Assembly (NCBI GenBank): GCA_002479815.1 | Contig: DLPA01000103.1 | Span: forward strand, 595-35,251 | Origin: a bacterium UBA7470 | GTDB taxonomy: Bacteria > Pseudomonadota > Gammaproteobacteria > Burkholderiales > Burkholderiaceae_C | Length of the DNA: 34,657 bases | Reading direction: 5' to 3' | In this document: positions 28,343 to 34,657 of the stretch, one piece after another | Position numbering within the stretch: the first letter of the stretch is position 1 | Layout: the number at the start of each line of letters is the position of its first letter | Translations under genes and position numbers: made by a program | The notes under the pieces: generated by a model | What the model was told of the DNA's origin: nothing | The model's input: only the letters and a program-made list of their open reading frames with translations | Databases searched by the model: none

Positions 28343-28723
28343 ATGGAGCCTGTTATGTCCTCAGATACAGATCGCATCAGTTCCTTAACGACCATAGGAA
28401 CAGTCAGTTACATTTTGCACCTGATTGTGGCGGTGGCCGGTGTGTTGCCAGGTGCTCAAATGGGCGTGGGCTTGTTGATCGTGGCTGCGGTTTTGGACTT
28501 CGTAAAGCGCGATGATGCCGCAGGCACTTGGCAAGAAAGTCACTTCAAATGGCGCTTGCGCAGCGTGTTGATCGCCGGCGTGCTTTATTTACTCACTTGG
28601 CCCTTGTGGTTGTTGCTGCTTGTGCCTGGGTGGTTGGCGTGGACGGCAATTTCCATTTGGTTTTTGTATCGGATGATCAAAGGCATGGTGCGCATGAATG
28701 CGGGCCGTCCTGTGGAGAGTTAA
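28343..28723 (+). CDS. Small integral membrane protein (conserved his-tat linker gene)
   Basis: Four predicted hydrophobic segments. Its position between hisE and the HIT gene is conserved in Burkholderiales. The start is ambiguous (28310, 28343 or 28355). Confidence 0.7.
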   Translation: MEPVMSSDTDRISSLTTIGTVSYILHLIVAVAGVLPGAQMGVGLLIVAAVLDFVKRDDAAGTWQESHFKWRLRSVLIAGVLYLLTWPLWLLLLVPGWLAWTAISIWFLYRMIKGMVRMNAGRPVES

Positions 28724-28726
28724 GCA

Positions 28727-29086
28727 ATGGCACATGACCCGAACTGTATTTTTTGCAAAATTGTCGAAGGCAAAATTCCCAGCCGTAAGGTGTATGAGGA
28801 CGATGAAATCTTTGCATTTCACGACATCAACCCTTGGGCGCCAGTGCATTTTTTGATGATTCCCAAGCTGCACATTCCTTCCTTAGCGCACGTGGGGGTG
28901 GCGCATCAAGCTTTGTTGGGGCGTATGCTGACGCTCGCACCTACGCTCGCTCTAGAGCAAGGCTGTCGTCCTTACCCAGAAGGGGGCTTCCGAATTGTGA
29001 CCAATACTGGAATAGAAGGCGGTCAGGAGGTACATCATCTGCACATTCATGTGATGGGTGGGCCACGTCCTTGGATCAAGGGATAA
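28727..29086 (+). CDS. HIT-family (histidine triad) nucleotide-binding protein
   Basis: CIFCKIVEGKIP N-terminus and the histidine triad HHLHIHVMGG. Confidence 0.93.
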   Translation: MAHDPNCIFCKIVEGKIPSRKVYEDDEIFAFHDINPWAPVHFLMIPKLHIPSLAHVGVAHQALLGRMLTLAPTLALEQGCRPYPEGGFRIVTNTGIEGGQEVHHLHIHVMGGPRPWIKG

Positions 29087-29185
29087 TGCCGTCTTCGGCC
29101 CCCGGCTTTAGACCTTTAAAATTCCAGTCCTTATATTAGTCTGGACTTAAGTTTTAGTTTGATTCACTCAATTTAGGAGTACGTG

Positions 29186-29425
29186 ATGGGTAGTCTCTCC
29201 ATTTGGCATTGGCTGATTGTGTTGGCGATTGTGGTGCTGGTGTTTGGCACGAAAAAGCTCAAGAACCTGGGTTCTGATTTGGGTGGTGCGGTCAAAGGCT
29301 TTAAAGACGGTATGCGCGATGGCACGGCTGCCGCAGACGAAGCGGCCAAACCACAAGTCACGCAGCAAACCAGTGCCGACAAAACTGCCACTACCATCGA
29401 TGTGGACGCAAAAACCAAGAGCTGA
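29186..29425 (+). CDS. tatA: Twin-arginine translocase subunit TatA
   Basis: [45 protein letters not shown] lies 6 nt upstream of ATG 29186; the track starts at GTG 29183. Confidence 0.93.
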   Translation: MGSLSIWHWLIVLAIVVLVFGTKKLKNLGSDLGGAVKGFKDGMRDGTAAADEAAKPQVTQQTSADKTATTIDVDAKTKS

Positions 29426-29477
29426 TGCGTCTAGGCGCATTCAGCTCGCGTCCGTCAGTTTGTATTAAAGGCCAAGC

Positions 29478-29975
29478 ATGATTGATTTGGGTGTCTCTAA
29501 GCTGGCCCTGATTGGGGTCGTGGCTTTGGTGGTGATTGGCCCTGAGAAGCTGCCGAAAGTGGCCCGCATGGTGGGGACTTTTCTAGGCAAAGCCCAACGC
29601 TATGTGGCTGATGTGAAAGCGGAAGTCAATCGTTCCATCGAGTTGGAAGAACTCAAAAAAATGAAGGATTCAGTGGAGGGCGCGGCCAAAGATGTGGAGT
29701 CTTCGATCCACTCCACCGCTTCCGATTTTGAAAAATCTTGGCAAGACGCGACACAAGCCTACAACTCCCCCACCAGTTCTACAGATACAGCAGCGGCTTT
29801 GGAGCACATGGGGCAATCCCTTGCCCCCACGTATCAGCATCCGAAGAAGAAATGGCGACTCAAGCAGCAAGCCATGCCGCAGTGGTACAAAACCCGCACC
29901 AAAGTACGCACGCGGGTGCAATCAGGTGCGGCTCGTGTCGCGCGTTTTCGTCCTAAACGCACCCCCTTGGCCTGA
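29478..29975 (+). CDS. tatB: Twin-arginine translocase subunit TatB
   Basis: [33 protein letters not shown], followed by an amphipathic helix and a disordered tail. Confidence 0.9.
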   Translation: MIDLGVSKLALIGVVALVVIGPEKLPKVARMVGTFLGKAQRYVADVKAEVNRSIELEELKKMKDSVEGAAKDVESSIHSTASDFEKSWQDATQAYNSPTSSTDTAAALEHMGQSLAPTYQHPKKKWRLKQQAMPQWYKTRTKVRTRVQSGAARVARFRPKRTPLA

Positions 29976-30011
29976 TGCGCCGGTGTTGCCGTATTGTTTG
30001 AAACTTGATTC

Positions 30012-30791
30012 ATGGCTTCTAATCCCCCCACGCCGGAAGATGAACTGGCCGGCACTGAGCAGCCGTTTGTCGCTCACTTGTTTGAGTTGCGTAATCGCAT
30101 TGTCGCCAGCTTGATTGGTGTGGCCGTGTGTATGGGCCTGTTGGCGATTTGGCCCGGCCCATCGGGCTTGATTGACTTGGTGGCCATGCCCATCAGGGCG
30201 CATATGCCGCCCGATGCCAAGCTGATCGCCGTGGGCGTGTTCTCGCCCTTTTTCATTCCCTTAAAAGTGTTGATGATGGCGGGTGTGTTGCTGGCCTTGC
30301 CGTGGCTGATGTATCAGGCATGGGCGTTTGTCGCCCCCGGCCTGTACAGCCATGAAAAGCGTTTTGCGTTACCACTCATCGTCTTTGGCAGCATACTCGC
30401 TTACATTGGCATCGCATTCGTGCAGTTTTTTGTCTTAGACAAAATGTTTGGTTTTATTCAGGCATTCGCGCCAGCGGCGGTGGCTGCTACGCCCGACATT
30501 GCTTCTTATGTAGAAGCCATTTTGTCTTTGTATCTGGCCTTTGGTCTGGCCTTTCAAGTGCCAATTGTGGTGATGTTGTTGGTGCGTTTTAACATCGTGA
30601 CCATTGAAAAACTCAAAGAGTTTCGTGGTTACTTCATCGTGGTGGCCTTTGTCATTGCCGCCATCGTCACACCGCCCGATGTCATTTCTCAGTTGGCATT
30701 GGCAATTCCCATGTGCATCTTGTACGAAATTGGCATTCTGGGTGCGAATTGGTTCCAAAAGACCAAGCCCCCTGCCGATGAGGATGCTTAA
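30012..30791 (+). CDS. tatC: Twin-arginine translocase subunit TatC
   Basis: The N-terminal FVAHLFELRNRIV motif, six TM segments, and its position after tatAB. Confidence 0.94.
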   Translation: MASNPPTPEDELAGTEQPFVAHLFELRNRIVASLIGVAVCMGLLAIWPGPSGLIDLVAMPIRAHMPPDAKLIAVGVFSPFFIPLKVLMMAGVLLALPWLMYQAWAFVAPGLYSHEKRFALPLIVFGSILAYIGIAFVQFFVLDKMFGFIQAFAPAAVAATPDIASYVEAILSLYLAFGLAFQVPIVVMLLVRFNIVTIEKLKEFRGYFIVVAFVIAAIVTPPDVISQLALAIPMCILYEIGILGANWFQKTKPPADEDA

Positions 30792-30794
30792 TTC

Positions 30795-31040
30795 GATAGC
30801 AAAAAAAGTGAGCTGCTTACGCAAGTAAATCGGGCACTCTGGCCGATTCTATTTCTAGAAAATGCCACTCTTTTTGAAAAAATGATGCCCAAAAAGCAAA
30901 ACACCTGTTTTTCGGATATGAAAAACAGGTGTTTTCGTCGTTAATTTAGATTTGACGTGGCTTTATTGAAGAATAAAAGCTCGTCAAAGCTTTGATTTAA
31001 CTGCGTAACAAGCTCATATTTTTTACTATGATTTTTTCAG
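30795..31040. repeat. Palindromic MITE-like intergenic element, copy 2
   Basis: The left arm 30796-30828 (ATAGCAAAAAAAGTGAGCTGCTTACGCAAGTAA) matches the reverse complement of 30997-31029 at 26/33. It matches the left arm of copy 1 at 29/33. A hairpin sits at the centre. Confidence 0.7.
30898..30935. terminator. Bidirectional terminator hairpin at the apex of repeat copy 2 (serves tatC and phoX)
   Basis: Perfect 15-bp stem: AAAACACCTGTTTTT (30898-30912) pairs with AAAAACAGGTGTTTT (30921-30935), 8-nt loop. A/T runs form the stem ends. It lies between convergent genes. Confidence 0.75.
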
Positions 31041-31077
31041 GCCACTGGCCGTGCTTGTGCCATGCGTGCGGCAAGTC

Positions 31078-33195
31078 TCAGCCGCCGATCACGCCGCCGT
31101 CGCTGCGGCGCACCACCACGGTGGCGGAGCGAGGCCGCGCACCCGCCGTCGGCCATTGCGAAAACGAGGTGGGATTGCGTGCCAACCAGTTGTCGCTCCC
31201 TGTGGCGTAAGCGGCTGGGGCGCGGGGGTGATTGCCGACTTCGCCCGGGTGTTGAACGTTGATGAACATGGTTTTGCGGTCGGGTGTCCACGTCACGCCC
31301 GTGATTTCACAACCCGATGGCCCCACCAAGAAGCGGCGAATTTCTTTGCTCTGCGGATCGGCGGCCAGCATCTGGTTGTTGCCCATGCCTGCAAAATCGC
31401 CCGTGTTAGAAAAGTTGCCGTCCGTCTGTATCCACAAGCGACCAAAACTGTCGAAAGCCAAACCATCGGGGCTGTTGAATACATTGTTGGCGTTGATATT
31501 GGCGCTGGGTTTGCGACCATCGGTGATGCTGGGTTGACCTGCCATCACAAAAATATCCCAGCCAAACGTCAGTGCCGTGGCATCGCTACCCGCTTCGTTC
31601 CAGCGCACGATGTGACCCCACACGTTATTGCTGCGGGGGTTGGCTTCGTCCACCGGTGGACGGGCACTGCCCGCCGAGGTAGAGCCATCGGCCTTGTTGG
31701 ATGAGGCGGTGGTGGTGCCTCGGCGGTTGTTGTTGGTCAGGGTGATATAGACCTCGCCCGCCTTTTTGGGGTTGGCGGCAATCCACTCCGGGCGATCCAT
31801 CATGGTCGCGCCCACACGGTCGGCAGCTTGACGGGTTTTGATGAGCAACTCCGCTTGGTTGGCAAAACCGTTGGCCGCAGTCAAACTGCCTTGTCCCGCC
31901 ACCAAAGGCAGCCACACGCCCGTGCCCATTTGGTCGCCCGTGGTCGCTCCTGCATCAAAACGCGCCACATACAGGGTGCCGCTTTCTAAGAGGCGGCGGT
32001 TGGCGGCGCTGGTGGGGTTGGCGCGGTCAAAAGTGCCTGTCGAAACGAATTTATAGATGTACTCGTTGCGCTCGTCGTCGCCCATATACACCACCACTTT
32101 GCCGTTGTTGGCAATCACCACCTCGGCATTTTCGTGTTTGAAACGACCTAAAGCGGTACGCTTGACCGGTTTGCTGGTCGGATCAAACGGGTCAATTTCC
32201 ACCACCCAGCCAAAACGATGCGGTTCGTTGGGGTTGACATCGGCATCAAAGCGCGGATCGACGGTGTGCCACCGGTAGCCAAACCCCTCTTTGGTGATGC
32301 CGTAGCGCGATTGTCCATTGATGATCTCGGCTTTTTGATCTTGGAAGGCGGGGGCGATGCTCGCACCGCTGGTGGGCGCGCCAAAGTAACCGTTCCAGTT
32401 TTCTTCGCAGGTGAGGTAAGTTCCCCAAGGTGTCCAGCCGTTGGCGCAATTGTTCAGCGTGCCCAGCACCTCCATCCCTGTGGGGTCGGCGGCAGTCCGC
32501 ATCAGCGGATGACCGGCAGCAGGGCCTTGGATGCTGATGGGCGTATTGCCGTGGATGCGGCGGTTGAAGCGCGAGTCTTTGACGTGACTCCAGCTCCCAT
32601 CCGCACTGCGTTTGACGTGCACCACACTGACCCCATGACCCGCCTGGGCTTTGCGGGCTTTTTCCAAGGTGAAAGGCGCCATCCAGTCGGTGGCCGAGGT
32701 GTTGGCCTCGATCGCGTAGAAGTATTCGGGGTTGATGTACTCATGGTTCATGACCAGCAAGCCCTCGTCGCTGCGGTCGCCATAGGCCGTGGCGGTGGCG
32801 TTGAAGGGGAAAAACCACATACCGTCGTGGTTGTCACCCATTTGGCGCTCTTGATCGGCAGCGGTGTTGCTGGCATCGGCACGCCAAGCGGGGGCGGTGG
32901 CATTGATGGGTTCGCCCCAAGGCAAGAAGGCACTTGCCACATAGCCTGCGGGGACGCTGACCGCGTCGGCCGTCGAGGTCGGGATGCCGCTGAAACCCAA
33001 CATTTTTTCGTCATCACCGCCGCCACCGCAGGCGGCCAAACCACCCAAGAAGGGCAGGGCAGAGACGCCTAAGCCCATTTTGAGTAAAGAGCGGCGGCTG
33101 GGATGGGCGATCAGCGCCTTTTCGACCACCTCGTTCAGGGACACATTACCAGACGTGTTGCTCACACCGTCGTCATCGCGGATGCTTTGGGCCAT
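31078..33195 (-). CDS. phoX: PhoX-family alkaline phosphatase (DUF839 beta-propeller) with a Tat signal
   Basis: Twin-arginine motif SRRSLLKMGLGV. There is the long hydrophilic n-region typical of PhoX. Conserved blocks include HENAEVV, DRPEWIA, and NSPDGLAFDSFGRLWIQTDG. AAGGAG lies 6 nt upstream of the ATG. Confidence 0.9.
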   Translation of the reverse strand: MAQSIRDDDGVSNTSGNVSLNEVVEKALIAHPSRRSLLKMGLGVSALPFLGGLAACGGGGDDEKMLGFSGIPTSTADAVSVPAGYVASAFLPWGEPINATAPAWRADASNTAADQERQMGDNHDGMWFFPFNATATAYGDRSDEGLLVMNHEYINPEYFYAIEANTSATDWMAPFTLEKARKAQAGHGVSVVHVKRSADGSWSHVKDSRFNRRIHGNTPISIQGPAAGHPLMRTAADPTGMEVLGTLNNCANGWTPWGTYLTCEENWNGYFGAPTSGASIAPAFQDQKAEIINGQSRYGITKEGFGYRWHTVDPRFDADVNPNEPHRFGWVVEIDPFDPTSKPVKRTALGRFKHENAEVVIANNGKVVVYMGDDERNEYIYKFVSTGTFDRANPTSAANRRLLESGTLYVARFDAGATTGDQMGTGVWLPLVAGQGSLTAANGFANQAELLIKTRQAADRVGATMMDRPEWIAANPKKAGEVYITLTNNNRRGTTTASSNKADGSTSAGSARPPVDEANPRSNNVWGHIVRWNEAGSDATALTFGWDIFVMAGQPSITDGRKPSANINANNVFNSPDGLAFDSFGRLWIQTDGNFSNTGDFAGMGNNQMLAADPQSKEIRRFLVGPSGCEITGVTWTPDRKTMFINVQHPGEVGNHPRAPAAYATGSDNWLARNPTSFSQWPTAGARPRSATVVVRRSDGGVIGG

Positions 33196-33244
33196 AAGGA
33201 CTCCTTATTTACAAACAATGGCCCAGCGAGTGTGTGTGTTCCTT

Positions 33245-33262
33245 ATGAAACTTTGATGACGA
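33245..33262 (-). promoter_or_regulatory. Candidate Pho box upstream of phoX
   Basis: The minus strand reads TCGTCAT-CAAA-GTTTCAT. These are two 7-nt half-sites with 11-nt periodicity, each 5/7 to the E. coli CTGTCAT consensus. It lies 50-67 nt upstream of the phoX ATG. Confidence 0.3.
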
Positions 33263-33278
33263 GAGAGGTGAGTCTGAC

Positions 33279-33998
33279 TCACCGACACTGTGGCGTGCTG
33301 ACGATGTGCCGCAGGGCATCGGTGTTTTTAATCAGCACATAGCGTTGTTTGACCTCAATGATGCCTTCTTCCACAAATTTAGAGAAGGTGCGGCTCACCG
33401 TCTCTAGCTTCATGCCGAGGTAGCTGCCGATTTCTTCGCGGGTCATGCGCAAAATCAGTTCCGATTGCGAAAAACCGCGTGCGTGCAGCCGCTGCACCAA
33501 ATTCAGCAAAAACGCGGCCAAACGTTCTTCAGCCCGCATACTGCCCAGCAACAACATGACGCTGTGGTCACGCACAATTTCACGGCTCATGATTTTGTGA
33601 ACGTGGTGCTGCAACGTGGTGAACTCCCGTGAGAGCTGTTCGACTTGATCGAAGGGCATCACACACACTTCCGCATCTTCCAAGGCAATCGCGTCGCAGG
33701 CGTGGTGGTCTTGGACAATGCCGTCCAAGCCCAAAATCTCGCCCATCATCTGAAAGCCAGTGACTTGATCGCGCCCGTCTGCCGTGGTCACACAGGTCTT
33801 GAAAAAGCCTGAGCGCACTGCGTACAGGGACGTGAATTTGTCGCCTGCACTGAACAAGGCTGTACCACGCTTGACCCGTTTGCGGGTGGAGATGACGCGG
33901 TCGAGCCTGTCCAATTCGTGTTCATTCAGGCCCACGGGCAGGCACAACTCGCGCAGGTTGCAGCTAGAACAAGCAACTTTGATACTTTGCACATCCAT
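33279..33998 (-). CDS. fnr: FNR/Anr-type oxygen-sensing Crp-family transcriptional regulator
   Basis: N-terminal Cys cluster C-x2-C-x5-C (ACSSCNLRELC) plus a central Cys. There is a cNMP-binding-like fold and a C-terminal HTH with the FNR-specific E--SR motif (LETVSRTFSKF). Confidence 0.92.
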   Translation of the reverse strand: MDVQSIKVACSSCNLRELCLPVGLNEHELDRLDRVISTRKRVKRGTALFSAGDKFTSLYAVRSGFFKTCVTTADGRDQVTGFQMMGEILGLDGIVQDHHACDAIALEDAEVCVMPFDQVEQLSREFTTLQHHVHKIMSREIVRDHSVMLLLGSMRAEERLAAFLLNLVQRLHARGFSQSELILRMTREEIGSYLGMKLETVSRTFSKFVEEGIIEVKQRYVLIKNTDALRHIVSTPQCR

Positions 33999-34161
33999 AT
34001 AAAAAACGCCTCAGCTGAAAACGCCACTGTAAACACAAAATCAAGCGTACCTGACATCGCTGTTGTTCAAGTGTCCGCTTTGTTTTTGGTGCGTCCTGGG
34101 TGGTGATCGTGGTACTTGATGCCCTACGGTACCAGACTGAAGTGGGGTTTGACACCAACCT

Positions 34162-34175
34162 TTGACGCACGTCAA
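34162..34175 (+). promoter_or_regulatory. FNR/Anr box upstream of hemN
   Basis: Perfect palindrome TTGAC-GCAC-GTCAA, a variant of TTGAT-N4-ATCAA. It is centred about 58 nt upstream of the hemN start codon in the fnr-hemN divergent intergenic region. Confidence 0.65.
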
Positions 34176-34226
34176 GCCTGTTGGGGCTGGCGAATGGCAC
34201 ATTCGCCCAGAACCGGAGAAATTGCC

Positions 34227-34657
34227 GTGACCCACGTCATACCAGAACATCTTTTGAAGCGCTTTGACATTCCAGGCCCACGCTACACCTCGTATCCCAC
34301 GGCTGATCGCTTTGTCGAAGCCTTCACCGACACCGATTATGTGCAAGCCTTAGAGCAACGCCGTGCGGGGTCGATGGCCTTGCCTGTGTCGCTGTACATT
34401 CATATTCCGTTTTGCGAATCCGTTTGCTACTACTGCGCGTGCAACAAAGTCATCACCAAACACCACGAGCGTGGGGCTGAATACCTGCGCTACCTCTCGC
34501 GGGAGGTGGAGTTGCAAGTGGAGCACTTGGGCCGTGGGCACAACGTCTCGCAACTGCACTTAGGTGGTGGTACGCCCACTTTTTTAAGCGATGGCGAACT
34601 CAGCGACTTGATGCGCATGATCCGTCGTCACTTCAACCTGGTGCCCGGCGGCGAGTA
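34227..34657 (+). CDS. hemN: Oxygen-independent coproporphyrinogen III oxidase, 5' partial (runs off the window)
   Basis: Not in the ORF track because no stop lies within the window. GTG 34227 with GGAGA 7 nt upstream. The translation is VTHVIPEHLLKRFDIPGPRYTSYPTADRF...LYIHIPFCESVCYYCACN (radical-SAM CxxxCxxC)...LHLGGGTPTFL. Confidence 0.9.
   Translation, partial: MTHVIPEHLLKRFDIPGPRYTSYPTADRFVEAFTDTDYVQALEQRRAGSMALPVSLYIHIPFCESVCYYCACNKVITKHHERGAEYLRYLSREVELQVEHLGRGHNVSQLHLGGGTPTFLSDGELSDLMRMIRRHFNLVPGGE

Noticed and set aside
31051-33072. Long plus-strand ORFs (31051..31704, 217 aa; 32218..33072, 284 aa) antisense to phoX.
   Set aside because: These are typical GC-rich shadow ORFs. Their translations are Arg/Gly/Ala/Pro-rich with no motifs, whereas the minus-strand frame carries clear PhoX motifs over its full length.
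33268-33284. Hairpin GGTGAGT-CAG-ACTCACC (minus strand) spanning the fnr stop codon, considered as a possible fnr terminator.
   Set aside because: It has a 7-bp stem with a 3-nt loop and is followed by CTCTCTCG rather than a U-run. I cannot tell whether it terminates or whether fnr reads through into phoX.
1-34657. A search by eye for tRNA/rRNA genes, CRISPR repeat-spacer arrays, IS transposases, integrases, toxin-antitoxin pairs, restriction-modification or other defence genes.
   Set aside because: None found. Every ORF of substantial length is accounted for by a recognisable housekeeping or envelope function, or is a shadow ORF. The only dispersed repeat is the palindromic element reported above.

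Overview
This window looks like a chromosomal core region of a betaproteobacterium. The Burkholderiales/Comamonadaceae-like assignment is an inference from gene content and order only.

Genes, left to right:
- a DUF2799-like lipoprotein, a YheT-like hydrolase and a conserved hypothetical
- a membrane-anchored cytochrome c5 (-)
- a matrixin-like Zn-metalloprotease lipoprotein
- mnmA (-), an epoxide-hydrolase-like alpha/beta hydrolase (-) and engB (-)
- cytochrome c4 and the system II cytochrome c biogenesis genes resB-ccsB
- lysA and lptM (-), cyaY, and PBP1A mrcA (-)
- divergent from mrcA, the type IV pilus assembly operon pilMNOPQ
- a 627-aa lipoprotein built of seven Ig-like repeats
- hisC-hisB-hisH-hisA-hisF-hisI-hisE, a small membrane protein and a HIT protein
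- tatABC
- a Tat-signal PhoX phosphatase (-) and fnr (-)
- the 5' end of hemN

I found no rRNA, tRNA, CRISPR array, transposase, integrase or recognisable defence, toxin or phage genes. Most of the window is ordinary housekeeping DNA.

Points worth a second look:
1. The uncharacterised repeat lipoprotein sits immediately after pilQ, where aroK/aroB are usually found.
2. A roughly 250-bp palindromic MITE-like element occurs twice. Each copy lies directly behind a stop codon and carries a bidirectional terminator at its apex.
3. A marked AT-rich trough covers pilMNOPQ.
4. The his operon begins at hisC, with no hisG/hisD upstream.
5. PhoX carries both a twin-arginine motif and a lipobox.

I cannot support a clear, complete novel multi-gene system from the sequence alone.
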